DNA of 64,000 nt from a virus: positions 1 to 64,000 of IMG/VR virus record IMGVR_UViG_3300028840_005911. The stretch is one strand, 5' to 3'. The notes beneath the pieces are model-generated. The model was not told the DNA's origin, did not search any database, and saw only the letters and a list, made by a program, of their open reading frames with translations. Below are positions 8,214-18,798 of this stretch, piece by piece. The position numbers and the translations under genes were made by a program. Every line of letters starts with the position of its first letter. The first letter of the stretch is position 1.

Positions 8214-11200
8214 CAGGGCACCCCCTTCAAAGATACTTGAACGACCTCGTTTGGAGATAGCTCGTCTATCTTTTCGAAACCAGGATGCCACAAGGAGTTC
8301 AATCTTACAACCGCCTGGGCTGTCGTATCGCTGGATGTAGACGAGCTCGAGACAGCTATCTTACCCGGATGGATGTACTCAGTAACTATGAATGCCCCGT
8401 CGTTACTGGGGTCATCTGAGTTGGAGACGTTGACCACGGTACCTACAAGGCCCGGGGTGAATGCGTCGAATGGTTTGTTGGGGGATACGCCGGTATCCAT
8501 AACCTCTATCTCGATCCTGCTCCCAGTGTAGACCGATTTGGCTCTCTCGATGACGTTGCTCATCATGATCGGCCGGATGACACGGAAGTCTATCCCTGTA
8601 AGGTTTGTGAACGTCGGTGTGGTACCGTCCAGGTTCTTCAACCTGACCTGAGTCTCGCTGATGTACGGCACCGTGGAATTCACCCCATCTATCCGGTACT
8701 CTCCTTCGTGGGTGCCGGATTCGATGATGAGATGGTCCTCTATACCCACTTCATTGGTCATGAAGCTCGCAGACGAAGAAGTGACGATGTTGTTCGACGA
8801 TGAGGTGGCCAGGTCGTCACCCTTCAAGACCGGGTTGAGCGCTCGGCGAGCTATGCAGCAAACTAGGTCGGTGCCGTAGTTGAAGAGCGTGGTGCTAAGT
8901 GCGGAGACCAGGAAGGTTCCTGGGTCAGTACGAGAGACCTCCCGCAGTAGGATCACTTCGTTGTCATCCACCACCGTTCCTATCTCATACATCCCCGGGG
9001 TGAGGGTACTGGCTCCAGGCTGGCCGGCAAAGATCACCAGTATATCCCCCTCACGTACCGGGGCATTGGTCCACGGGGAGTCTGCAGCAACCCTAGCACG
9101 AACATCCCCTGTGTCCCAACCTGTAGCTGAGCTCGCCCTTACCGACCCACCGGACTCGAAGGTGGTGACATCTCGCAGCAGGAAATCATTTCTTGTTGAG
9201 AAAGGCCGCGAGCCTTGGTTCCACAGCACCAGACCCTGTTGGTTCCTGTCGTCTGCCCGGGCAGTTGCTTCTATTCCCCACCCCACATTGTCGTAGAAAT
9301 GGAGCCTCATGGACGGGTATGCGTCCTCATCGACGTCGATGTCGTCCACCAGGGCCCTAACCGCCACAGCGAGCACGTTCGTATAGGTGGGCTTGATCCT
9401 GTTCATGAAGTCGAGTGCGAATGTGACATCATTGACGTCGAAGACGTCAGAGTCTATCTCGACCTTGAAGTTGTGGTACTTCAGTATCTCGATCCCGGAT
9501 AGAGCAGACTTCCACCAGAGCGGGTCCTTAATGTAGTCCAGGACCTCAACACCTTTCGAGAGTGGGGCGAATCTATTTACCTTGTCCCCTACAGCATACT
9601 CGACTCCGGTGACCGGATTGATCTCTATTCCGACCTCGGTCGGATAGAAGTAGATCCTCCTCGTACCTGTCCGCTTACCCTTCTCGTCCAGGTCCTCTAT
9701 CAGGAACCTCCCAAGGTTGGTTCCTTCCGGGGTGGTCGAGTAGTTGGTCTCGAGCTCGAGTATGATCCCGTCTTCTTCTGCGAAAGGCAGACCAAGAAGA
9801 ATCTGCAGACCCAGCCTAAGATTGTCCATGGATGGGCCATTGACCAGGGCATAGGCGAGACCAGTGACCGCGCTCAGGTATGGGGCTCTTGTCTGTGACG
9901 CAGTCAGGTCATCCTGACCAAGACCAACCAAGGTTCCGAAGTTGGCCTCCACCGCATCGTTGTTGTCGTAGAAGTTGCACTCTCCCCACAGGGCGTCAGG
10001 GGCTGGGTTGTCCAGAGTAAATAGCCCGCTCGTGAATTGAATGAGGCTGTTCTCCAAGATGTAGTCGAGGTTCTCTCGTAGAACTACCGGCGGCTCGTAG
10101 AGCTTCTCCTGAAGAGCAGGTACGCTGATCAGATCCTCATCCACGACACACACCGAGTTGTGGATAATCCTCTTGGCACGGATGGTCATACTGAAGATCG
10201 AGAACGGTCTATTGACCAGGTTCACTCCAGGGGGGATGAACTGGATGAGTGCCTCGGCTGCTGCAGCTACCTCGGCGTCAGTGGGTTGGGTTCCCAGTAT
10301 CCTGAGGTCACGGACCAGCTGCCTCCACTGTGTTCTGGAGATGAGGTTGCTGGCCGTATCGAGGTCTTCGAGGGTAAGCTCGAATCCAAGGCGGTTCCGG
10401 TCTACACCCACCACCTGTGCTTGGATCTCGGCTGTGATACCGGTGTCCTTTCTACGTACCTCGAGCACGAGTATGTCACCGGTACGGGCTCCTATCTCTT
10501 CGAGATCGAGGCCGGTAGTGTGCAACAGGTGTGGGACTCTCCACTTTACCCCGACGAGACCATCAGCTATGGCCTCTTCATTCACAATGGCCACGCTGAC
10601 TTCGTTCGATGTTGATGGATCTGTGGTGTTGTACACGCGCTCGATTGTGAACCCCTCATCGTTTATGACAATGATGCGGCCCTTGGACCCGTAGTTGGTA
10701 TCGAGCTTCGTGAAGTCTGTTTTGTCTGCGTCCGAGATGTCTCCGTAGGGAACGTAGAAGATGGACGTGTTACCAACCCCCGGAGTTTCACCTATCCGGC
10801 CTGATGTCCCGTTCGTTCCAGAGTCATTACCGAACGTGGGGTTCCCCACAATGATTCTCTGGTCTTCTGTGTAGATATCGGTGTACGTCTGGTATCTCTG
10901 CCACTTCCTTTGCACGGTGCTTTGGATAGTGGCCAAGGACTTGTTGTCATCGTTAGACCAGAGAGTTACGAGATCGGCGCCGATGATCTGGATAACTGCT
11001 GACCATACAGAAGTGATGATCTCTCGGTCCTCGACGAGATTCCAGAAGTCAGAGATGTAGCTCCACAGGAAGTGTGGGTCTGGGACGATGCCTTCCCCAC
11101 AAGGGACCCTAGTCAGTTGGATGTTGACCTGCGCGCTGACCGGGTCACTTTCCAGCTCCCCGTCGCTGACCACCAATTGAACAACGTAGAGACCAACCTT

Positions 11201-11458
11201 GTCCGGTACGAATGAGACGGCTGCCCTATCCTCACGAATGTCTCTGAAGGAGCTGTTCGTGAGGCCACTACCGACTGGGATCTGGTTGAACGTCCAGATG
11301 TATTGGAGCGCCTGACCCTCTGGATCGAAGCTGGCCCTACCGTCGAGCTGGATGATGGAACCCAAGAAGGCATTGAGGTTCGTGTAGGCCAGACTCGCTA
11401 CCGGCTTCTCGTTAAGCTCGGTAGTCGTATACCCGTAGAACTTCTTCGTGGTCGTCAT
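8213..11458 (-). CDS. baseplate wedge-like protein with N-terminal PKD/Ig-like domain (1081 aa)
   Basis: LDGRASFDPEGQALQYIWTF...FVPDKVGLYVVQLVVSDG is a PKD-type signature. A central NGPSMDNLRLGLQILLGLPF segment resembles gpI-like wedge proteins. Located in the baseplate cluster. Confidence 0.6.
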   Translation of the reverse strand: MTTTKKFYGYTTTELNEKPVASLAYTNLNAFLGSIIQLDGRASFDPEGQALQYIWTFNQIPVGSGLTNSSFRDIREDRAAVSFVPDKVGLYVVQLVVSDGELESDPVSAQVNIQLTRVPCGEGIVPDPHFLWSYISDFWNLVEDREIITSVWSAVIQIIGADLVTLWSNDDNKSLATIQSTVQRKWQRYQTYTDIYTEDQRIIVGNPTFGNDSGTNGTSGRIGETPGVGNTSIFYVPYGDISDADKTDFTKLDTNYGSKGRIIVINDEGFTIERVYNTTDPSTSNEVSVAIVNEEAIADGLVGVKWRVPHLLHTTGLDLEEIGARTGDILVLEVRRKDTGITAEIQAQVVGVDRNRLGFELTLEDLDTASNLISRTQWRQLVRDLRILGTQPTDAEVAAAAEALIQFIPPGVNLVNRPFSIFSMTIRAKRIIHNSVCVVDEDLISVPALQEKLYEPPVVLRENLDYILENSLIQFTSGLFTLDNPAPDALWGECNFYDNNDAVEANFGTLVGLGQDDLTASQTRAPYLSAVTGLAYALVNGPSMDNLRLGLQILLGLPFAEEDGIILELETNYSTTPEGTNLGRFLIEDLDEKGKRTGTRRIYFYPTEVGIEINPVTGVEYAVGDKVNRFAPLSKGVEVLDYIKDPLWWKSALSGIEILKYHNFKVEIDSDVFDVNDVTFALDFMNRIKPTYTNVLAVAVRALVDDIDVDEDAYPSMRLHFYDNVGWGIEATARADDRNQQGLVLWNQGSRPFSTRNDFLLRDVTTFESGGSVRASSATGWDTGDVRARVAADSPWTNAPVREGDILVIFAGQPGASTLTPGMYEIGTVVDDNEVILLREVSRTDPGTFLVSALSTTLFNYGTDLVCCIARRALNPVLKGDDLATSSSNNIVTSSSASFMTNEVGIEDHLIIESGTHEGEYRIDGVNSTVPYISETQVRLKNLDGTTPTFTNLTGIDFRVIRPIMMSNVIERAKSVYTGSRIEIEVMDTGVSPNKPFDAFTPGLVGTVVNVSNSDDPSNDGAFIVTEYIHPGKIAVSSSSTSSDTTAQAVVRLNSLWHPGFEKIDELSPNEVVQVSLKGVP

Positions 11459-11459
11459 G

Positions 11460-13715
11460 TCATGGCCCTATGTTTTCGAACGAGGCTATGATGTTGGCCT
11501 CGTGATCGAATCTCTGCAGTAGCTCGTCCTCATCCAGAACCTGGGAGGCCTTGATGTCGAACCCCTCTGAGACATTGAAGTTGAAGAACCTCCACCGACT
11601 CGTGCATTCATTTCCATCAAGAAGGCTACCAAACGCTACCTTAGACCCTCCACCCTCGGTATTGGGGTAGTCGAACAGGTTGGTGAGGAAGCTGATGGCC
11701 GGCGATTCTCCATTGTCTATGTACAGACGTAGGTAACCCCCAATGGTCTTCTCGAGTCGGTAGATGTGGTACCTGGTCCAGTCGACTGAGTAGTAGATCC
11801 CATCTGTGTCTTCCGTCCCAGCTCTGATATTGAACAGGGTATCATCGATATCATCTTCCGTAGAGATGAACACGATCTTCCCTAGCTCCGGTCCGCCATC
11901 CGCGAAGGAGAGAACCGTTTTGTAGGTCCCGTCATCGAGCACCACCCCGACACCGGTGTTCTCTCTGACCGGAGACTCCGTGGTTCCTAGAGAGTAAGCA
12001 TCGACCTTCACTGAGAACTCGGTGGTGATACCTCTCCCAGAGTTGAAGTCTGACTCTGCCTTTTCATACCTCGTGAAAGCAGAGTCAGAATCATCCCCTA
12101 TGACCAGGGCGTCATCGTCAGTGTCAATTGATGTTGGTCCGGACCCGACCTTTGACCATGGGGCTTGCGGAGTAAGGCCGTCGCGAGCGTCATACAGCCG
12201 CAAGTTGGTGTAGTACCTGAACTCTCCGATGTAGAACTCTGACTTGGCCTTGCCTACCACACCGTTATGACCAAAGCCGACCGAAGGTCCTGGAAGGCTT
12301 GTGGATGGGAGGTTGGCCAGCAAGACGTCAGAGATAGGAGAGTAGTATAGATGCCCATCCGTATCGTCCTCGAGCATCCTAAACAGCTTCGCACCGTAAC
12401 CTGGGTCGAAGATGAACCGGTACCTGAACTCGGAAGTCCAGTCGATATCCAGACCAGAATAAGAACCCTGCAGCTTCTGATCTCCTGTGCCGAGGACCCC
12501 TACAGTCTTCTTGACCAGGTTGTCGGTGAACCCTACCCGGGCCGCGTTGGTACCATCGTCGACGTATACCTCGAACCCGCTGGTTTGCATCCCCGACTCC
12601 TGGTCAGAGACATCACCGTAGAGGGAGAAGTCCACCAAGGTGGGTAGAGCCGCAACCCTTGGCTCTACCCTGTAGAATCCGAAGCTGGCTTCGAGATCTT
12701 CTCTGGTCAGTATCAGGTAGTCGTTCTTGAGCTCCTCGGTGCCATCGATGTCATCGTAGGTGCCGGGGAAGATAAGCCAAGGTCTGTCCTCATCTCTCGG
12801 GAGCTTCTCTTGGGAATAGGCGGTTTCGTTATCGGTCAGGATGAATCCCTCATGCTCTCCTTGGAACAGCCCTTCACCGATCATGGCGCCGGTGTAGTTG
12901 TAGAAGTACACCGCCTTCCAGTACGAGATGGAGTTGGTACCCTCGAACCCGTGACCAAAGAATGCCAGCGGCTGGCCTGTCCTTTGTTGATCATCTGGGA
13001 TGGTAGGAAAGTCACTGACCTGTCCGTCTATGAGCAGCGTATCGGTGGTAAAGGACTCCTCCCCTACCGATACCAAGAGCTGGACCTTATCGCGCCTGGT
13101 GTCCCACAAAAGCTTGTAGTTGTATTCGACAGCATCCCAGTCGAAGTTGGCCAGGTAAGTCGTAGCAGGGTGAAGTGGACGTTGGGTGGAGTTCTGGTCT
13201 CCGTCGAATATCTCTATCCACCTGCTGACTCCATCCGTGTAGAATCTGACGAATAGCCCTGTGTCGTTGATGAAGAACCCGAAGACCACCCCAGTGAAGT
13301 CATTGACCGGCGATGGGGCCGGGCTGATGTCGGCCTCGCTGAGCTTCAGCTTGACCTCCATCATGAGCGGGTCATCCTGATCCATTGGGGAGTCCACACC
13401 TCCGAAGAAGTACAGCCCATTGAGGTTGTCGTTCGGGTCACCAGACTTAGTGATCTTCAAGTAATCCCCATCTATCGCCCTGGTGACTTCTCCATCGGAG
13501 ACGCCGAACAACCTGTCGAGTACGAACCTCGGGGTGATTATGTTCTCGGGGAGCTCCCCAGATTCGTAATGGGCCGTGCTGTATCCAAGGTGTGCGAGGA
13601 TAGTTGGCCTGTCGATGGCATAGGTATCGTCCCTAAGACTGAAGCGGACACTGGAAGTGACCTTCCCGATGGTCGCCGGGTACGGGGACTGGTTACACAG
13701 TATCGGGCTTGACAC
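11460..13715 (-). CDS. virion protein with tandem lectin-like (ConA/LamG-type) beta-sandwich domains (751 aa)
   Basis: GTG start with AGGAG SD. Repeated beta-rich units (EVKLKL...TGVVFGF; EFSVKV...TGVGVVLDDG...DWTRYHIYRL...LRLYID). Confidence 0.55.
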   Translation of the reverse strand: MSSPILCNQSPYPATIGKVTSSVRFSLRDDTYAIDRPTILAHLGYSTAHYESGELPENIITPRFVLDRLFGVSDGEVTRAIDGDYLKITKSGDPNDNLNGLYFFGGVDSPMDQDDPLMMEVKLKLSEADISPAPSPVNDFTGVVFGFFINDTGLFVRFYTDGVSRWIEIFDGDQNSTQRPLHPATTYLANFDWDAVEYNYKLLWDTRRDKVQLLVSVGEESFTTDTLLIDGQVSDFPTIPDDQQRTGQPLAFFGHGFEGTNSISYWKAVYFYNYTGAMIGEGLFQGEHEGFILTDNETAYSQEKLPRDEDRPWLIFPGTYDDIDGTEELKNDYLILTREDLEASFGFYRVEPRVAALPTLVDFSLYGDVSDQESGMQTSGFEVYVDDGTNAARVGFTDNLVKKTVGVLGTGDQKLQGSYSGLDIDWTSEFRYRFIFDPGYGAKLFRMLEDDTDGHLYYSPISDVLLANLPSTSLPGPSVGFGHNGVVGKAKSEFYIGEFRYYTNLRLYDARDGLTPQAPWSKVGSGPTSIDTDDDALVIGDDSDSAFTRYEKAESDFNSGRGITTEFSVKVDAYSLGTTESPVRENTGVGVVLDDGTYKTVLSFADGGPELGKIVFISTEDDIDDTLFNIRAGTEDTDGIYYSVDWTRYHIYRLEKTIGGYLRLYIDNGESPAISFLTNLFDYPNTEGGGSKVAFGSLLDGNECTSRWRFFNFNVSEGFDIKASQVLDEDELLQRFDHEANIIASFENIGP

Positions 13716-13736
13716 AGGTCTCTCCTATGCTACCAT
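13709..13736 (+). promoter_or_regulatory. sigma70-type promoter with extended -10
   Basis: TTGACA (13709-13714), 16-nt spacer, then TGc-TACCAT (13731-13736). The ATG of 13743 lies 6 nt after the -10 with no SD. Confidence 0.65.
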
Positions 13737-13742
13737 CAACTC

Positions 13743-14063
13743 ATGCGGTACCGGACCATGGATCCAGATAAAGTGAGGGAACTTATCGAAGGACAGCAGG
13801 ATATCCTCACTGACATGGCCGACAAAGACAGCAAGATCTATACCGAGGCAACTTGCCCCAACTGCCACGACCAGCAGTGTTACAAGAAAATAAACCCGCC
13901 AGAGATTCAGACGGATCACACCGGAGAGACCGTCTTCTCCTACAAGTTTGAGAAGAACGGGATGTTGCGGGGTGTCGCCTGCTGTCTCCAGTGCGGAACA
14001 GAGTTCGACCCTCGGTCCGGTGTTATTCAAAAGTCCCCTCCGATCCTCACGACTCCCGAGTGA
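13743..14063 (+). CDS. zinc-finger protein, antisense to the structural operon
   Basis: 106 aa with CPNC and CCLQC motifs. It is the only plus-strand gene between 1.6 and 62.6 kb and has its own promoter. Confidence 0.75.
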   Translation: MRYRTMDPDKVRELIEGQQDILTDMADKDSKIYTEATCPNCHDQQCYKKINPPEIQTDHTGETVFSYKFEKNGMLRGVACCLQCGTEFDPRSGVIQKSPPILTTPE

Positions 14064-17000
14064 TGTTCAGTCCATCATCCAGGTCGGCAAAGAACGCAGA
14101 GATCCTAGCCGTCCCGTTGTAGTTCACCTCGGTCCCTCCGATCACATTGTCAGATCTATCCACCACCAGGTCCCTATCGATATCGTGTGTGATAGAGACC
14201 AGAGTGATGGGATGTTCCACAGAGTTCGCTCCGCGCCTGGTTGCGATGGCCTCGATGTCTGATACCTCGAGCTCTTCTGTGGATCCAAGGTTGTTGATGT
14301 AGTCTTCTATCTCCTGACCTACCGTATCCTGAGACTGACCGCCACTATAGATGAGCGTGGTACGGACATAAGAAGGCAGGAAGTGTCGAGCGATTGGGTT
14401 GGCCACTACTGTGCGGTCTGAGTCAGACCTTAGCAGGTCGTTGATGGTGGCGGTGATGGATGACACCTGGTAGGTAATCTTCAGGTTTCTACCGCTGATT
14501 TCGACCAGGTTCTCAGCAAGATCGCTGTTCCCGACCGGGAGGAATCGTCTATCGAACACCAGATCCACCTCTTCAAAGGTGGAGAAGGTCAAAACGTTGT
14601 TGTCCACCACGTACAGGTACCCATCTACGGTTACTCCTGCCGTGTGGGCTAACCTGTCGTCTCTTGAGAGGTTGAACTCATCCCCTGCCCCAAGAGATTC
14701 AATGTTGATATCCGCATAGTACAGAGAGCCGTCGTAGTTGCTCTCCATCTCTGTAGAACTGAGACGGTATACGTCAGGCCTCCTAATTCTGAAGGGCATC
14801 GAATACCCGACAGGTACAAGAGCCTGAACGCCTTCGTAGTCCTTCACGGTGAACATCGTCTTGGACCCATGGATTCCGCCTCTGATCCTATACCATGCTC
14901 CAGTCTCTGCAACCGTGAATGGTTTGTTGACGTACACCCTGATCTCTGTTTCGCTATCCACATACTCAATAGGGTAGACGCCCTGATTGTCACCGAACAG
15001 AATCTCCAGTCTTTCCCCCTGCACGATTCCGTCAGTGACGAAGGTTGCCGTAGAATCGGTCAGCTTCACCAGGTTCCCTCCGAAGAGGGAGATGTTCCCG
15101 GTGGAGGTGCCGAAGATGGTGTCACTCTCTTTGCTGGAGACCTGGTTCACTTCAAGGGCTGTCGGAACCGACTCGTAGACCCTGAATGCCTGGCCGGTGT
15201 TCGTGTCGTCTGCGGTCCGATACCAACTGAAGTCGCCAGGTCCAATAGTAGTGGCGACCACAAGATCAATCTCCACCCGGTCATTGCTAAGATCCAGGTC
15301 GGTGATCTCGAAAGTGCCGAGGATATCCTCCCTGGTCGCCTCGAAGATTGTTATGTAATGGCCGATCTGTGTACCGAGAGATCCTGAATCGGTAGTGTCG
15401 GTCAACCAGGTCTTCGACGCCGATGGAGAGAGAGTGGCATCCCTTGAGCTCGGGGCAGAGAACTCCCTACCAACGACTGCCTCTGTCGTTGAGGTCATCA
15501 CCCTGTCTAACCTTAGAGTTGTCGCATCGACTACTTCTTCGATGATGTACTGGCCCTCGTCAGGGCCGCTGTCGATGTAAAGGAGCTGACCGAGGAGAGG
15601 ATTGACGGCGTCCATCTGAGTGAAGTCCAGAAGGGAGCTGTCAGTGACTCGGACCCTGTTGGATCCTACCGTTGTCAGCAGTCCTGCTGTGTTATCGAAT
15701 ATGCCGAGAGACTCGAATGTGTTTCCTGATCCATCTCGGAAAGGAATCTGCTGGTAATACTCGAATATGTCCCCAACCTGGAGCTCGAGATCGAACACAT
15801 TGGGCCCGCCGGGCTCAGTCAGCTCCAGAACAGTCTCTTCGTAAAGTGCGCCAAAAGATGATCTCACCACTCTGACGTCCCTTGGGTTTTCTATGTCCTC
15901 CTCACCGGGAGCTGGGAGTATAAACTTCCCGTCGAAGTCAGAGAATCTGAACTCCTGCCCGTTGTTGTCTTCGAGGCGTCCGCCGGCGATACCGGTGGTC
16001 ACTTCAACCGACGCAGGCTCAACGAAGTACAGCCGGGCTATACCGGTAGATGGTAATCCCACCCTATATTGCGTGCTGTCTTGGGGATAGACGGAGAAGT
16101 CCTTACCGCCCTCAGACGTCGGGATGATCTTCACCCATGACGGGCTTGCAGCCAGGGCTGCGACCTCCTTTACCTCGTAATCTCCGATGTTGCCAGTATT
16201 CAGGATGGTCAGCCTATCCCCTACGACTACGCCCCGCGCAGCGAAGTCCACCTCGGTATCCTCAAGACGGAAGTCACCAGTGACTTCCTTAGCCTCTCCT
16301 GTGAAGCTCGTGACCTTATCACCTTCATTCCTATTGGAGAAGGTTCCGAGAGCCCTGATATCTACGGTATCACCAAACGGTACCTTCAATCCGGTGGGCT
16401 GATTTGACGAGTCCAGGAGCTCAATCTCTTTGACCCTCACCATGGGCCTATCAATGCCAGAGAATGAGGTGTAGACAGTGAAGTCCAAACCAGTAGCTGT
16501 GTTGTTGGCGACTGCATCAATCTGCAGGGTGGTTCCAGTTACCGCTAGTATTCCGAAAGTCCTGAGGTCTGTGCCAGAAAGTATCTCGAGGGTATCCCCT
16601 ACCGCGACCCCGGCCAACAGGAAGTTGGATGTTCCCGTAGACGTGACGGTGTCTGATCCTGCTATCGTAGACAGATCTCCCCCGGTAAATATCGACCCGA
16701 GTGGTATCTTCACCACCCTCGGATCTACCAGGTCGATATCGAGCTCGTCATCGATACGATATCGAAGACCGCTACCATCTCCAAATCCGGTAGGAGTGAC
16801 TGTCTTGGTAAGCTCTCTGTCCAGAAGTAGGGTGTCTGCGGTGTCTATGGAATCCAACAGAGCTCTTACAGTGTAGATGCCGGCATCGTCACCGGTCTCT
16901 ATGACCAGAGAATCCCCGATATCTACCCCAAGGTTATCGAAATCGATCCCTGGTCCCCGGCCACTAATCGCCCTTGAGTTGTCGCGGTCCCTGACCTGGT

Positions 17001-18789
17001 CCTTGAACGACACGTACTCACTCAGACGATAGTCGAGGTCGTACAGGGTAGTGACCTCAAGATCTGATATCGTGGAACCGTCCCATTCGTTGCTGAACGA
17101 GACCTGGATTCTGATCACTCGGTCTGTGCCGTCCAGCTCCTCGCAGATGACATCCGTTATTTCGAACATGCCAAAGAGGTTGGATGTACCGTAGTCGAGG
17201 ATTTGGAGATACCTTCCGATGTCCTCAGAGGCTGGTCTCCATGGGATAGTATCCTGTGGGCCGGTTGTATCCTCCACCAGGATAAGAATCTGGTCGTGGC
17301 TTCCTGCCCCAAGAGTGTTGCCGTCTCTGTCCGTGGAGGCCACCTTTGCCGACCCGGTGACCTTGTCGGTGATGTTGATATACTCGTCATCACGCTCACC
17401 GTAGGACTCAAGATCCACACCAAAGTGGAGAGGTTGCTGATCCCTCATCCCCTCCAGGGTGATGCTTCTCTCAGGCGGCTCACCAGCACGAACGAAGACG
17501 TCAGTGTGTCCACCGATGTGGACTTCGTCATCGTTGATCTCGATTGTGCCCTGGGCGGTATTTGGCTCGAGGATGCCACCAGGGATATCTGAGATGGTGA
17601 TCTTCCCCGCCGGCTTCTTGAGAAGGTACGTATAGGTGCCGACAAAAGGAGAGTTCTGGCTTATCCTTATTTGGGACTGCGAGGTTATCTCTACCACCTC
17701 AGCGGTGAAGATTTCACGGAATGTGGGTGAGCTGTCGTCCACATCGAAGTACTCTACGATGTCGCCAACCTCCAAACCTACATCTATGAAGTCGTTGTGG
17801 GCTGGGTTTCCGTCAGCGATCAGCCAACTAGTGGGAGCGTAGGAGGCAATATCGATATAATCGAATGGGCCCAAAACAGAGACAACACCTCTGAAAGCGG
17901 CGTAGGTTGTAGACTCGCTGGTACCCTTGATAATGTCTCGGGCCATCTCGATGTCGCCGTATCCGATAACCTGGATCGTCTTCAGACTCTCGAAGGTATC
18001 AGTGAGCCTGGCAAAGATACCCCTGGTGGTGACTAAGGACTTCTCGGTGAGACCATTCTCCACCCTCTCGAGGAACTCCTCGGTAGTCTCTCGGTCGTCG
18101 GCCTCTTCGAAAGCGCTCTTGTTGGTGACCTTCACGGCTGCAGAGATGCCTTCGATTCCTACGAGCTCCCCGGCATTGATGCTGTATGCCGACCCCGGAT
18201 CTTCTGATCTGACGATGATATCGAAGTAGTACAGGTTACCTTCAACGTTGAGGAGCATGTTGTCGGCGCTGATGGACTGGTTCTCTACAGGAAAGAATCT
18301 GACATCGGTGCCTGTAAAAACGGGATTGCTTGGAGTGACCAGCGCTGCCTGCGGAGCCGAGAAGTATATCCTGGCCAAACCGGAGACGTACTGACCCTCT
18401 CTGCGCCTCTCAAACCAGTTGGCCATATAGTTGTCCGCCTCTTCATCGCTGATGAGGTCGGTGTTGGCAATGGACTGCTGATTCGATATCTGCTGGATCT
18501 GCCTACGGTGAGGCTCGAGCAGCACCCGCATCGGGTCGATAACGGTGTCCGAAATCGGCTCACCCTCTTGTACCGATAGATCTGGGAACTCCGAGACCAG
18601 CCTCTCCCTGATGAAGTCCACCACCGGGGTGGCATAAGGATCCGGACCGAGCCTGGTAAGCAGGGGAGTGATGAGCTCTCTGTCGATAGGCGACCCGGCA
18701 GAGGTATCGAGTGTAGGGTCGGCCCTGTAGATGGCATCTTCTATGAAGATCCTTAGAGCATCAAGTTCGTTGATCTCGGAATCGGACAT
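14047..18789 (-). CDS. baseplate J-like wedge protein, greatly enlarged (1580 aa)
   Basis: N-terminal D...GS.I...LI.P / F..RREG..VSG..RIYF / PG.AY.I.AGEL..I / ET.EEF..R and C-terminal GQEIEDYINNL...LEVSDI are gpJ-type. Follows the gp25-like gene. Confidence 0.8.
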   Translation of the reverse strand: MSDSEINELDALRIFIEDAIYRADPTLDTSAGSPIDRELITPLLTRLGPDPYATPVVDFIRERLVSEFPDLSVQEGEPISDTVIDPMRVLLEPHRRQIQQISNQQSIANTDLISDEEADNYMANWFERRREGQYVSGLARIYFSAPQAALVTPSNPVFTGTDVRFFPVENQSISADNMLLNVEGNLYYFDIIVRSEDPGSAYSINAGELVGIEGISAAVKVTNKSAFEEADDRETTEEFLERVENGLTEKSLVTTRGIFARLTDTFESLKTIQVIGYGDIEMARDIIKGTSESTTYAAFRGVVSVLGPFDYIDIASYAPTSWLIADGNPAHNDFIDVGLEVGDIVEYFDVDDSSPTFREIFTAEVVEITSQSQIRISQNSPFVGTYTYLLKKPAGKITISDIPGGILEPNTAQGTIEINDDEVHIGGHTDVFVRAGEPPERSITLEGMRDQQPLHFGVDLESYGERDDEYINITDKVTGSAKVASTDRDGNTLGAGSHDQILILVEDTTGPQDTIPWRPASEDIGRYLQILDYGTSNLFGMFEITDVICEELDGTDRVIRIQVSFSNEWDGSTISDLEVTTLYDLDYRLSEYVSFKDQVRDRDNSRAISGRGPGIDFDNLGVDIGDSLVIETGDDAGIYTVRALLDSIDTADTLLLDRELTKTVTPTGFGDGSGLRYRIDDELDIDLVDPRVVKIPLGSIFTGGDLSTIAGSDTVTSTGTSNFLLAGVAVGDTLEILSGTDLRTFGILAVTGTTLQIDAVANNTATGLDFTVYTSFSGIDRPMVRVKEIELLDSSNQPTGLKVPFGDTVDIRALGTFSNRNEGDKVTSFTGEAKEVTGDFRLEDTEVDFAARGVVVGDRLTILNTGNIGDYEVKEVAALAASPSWVKIIPTSEGGKDFSVYPQDSTQYRVGLPSTGIARLYFVEPASVEVTTGIAGGRLEDNNGQEFRFSDFDGKFILPAPGEEDIENPRDVRVVRSSFGALYEETVLELTEPGGPNVFDLELQVGDIFEYYQQIPFRDGSGNTFESLGIFDNTAGLLTTVGSNRVRVTDSSLLDFTQMDAVNPLLGQLLYIDSGPDEGQYIIEEVVDATTLRLDRVMTSTTEAVVGREFSAPSSRDATLSPSASKTWLTDTTDSGSLGTQIGHYITIFEATREDILGTFEITDLDLSNDRVEIDLVVATTIGPGDFSWYRTADDTNTGQAFRVYESVPTALEVNQVSSKESDTIFGTSTGNISLFGGNLVKLTDSTATFVTDGIVQGERLEILFGDNQGVYPIEYVDSETEIRVYVNKPFTVAETGAWYRIRGGIHGSKTMFTVKDYEGVQALVPVGYSMPFRIRRPDVYRLSSTEMESNYDGSLYYADINIESLGAGDEFNLSRDDRLAHTAGVTVDGYLYVVDNNVLTFSTFEEVDLVFDRRFLPVGNSDLAENLVEISGRNLKITYQVSSITATINDLLRSDSDRTVVANPIARHFLPSYVRTTLIYSGGQSQDTVGQEIEDYINNLGSTEELEVSDIEAIATRRGANSVEHPITLVSITHDIDRDLVVDRSDNVIGGTEVNYNGTARISAFFADLDDGLNITRES

Positions 18790-18798
18790 GACTTCTCC

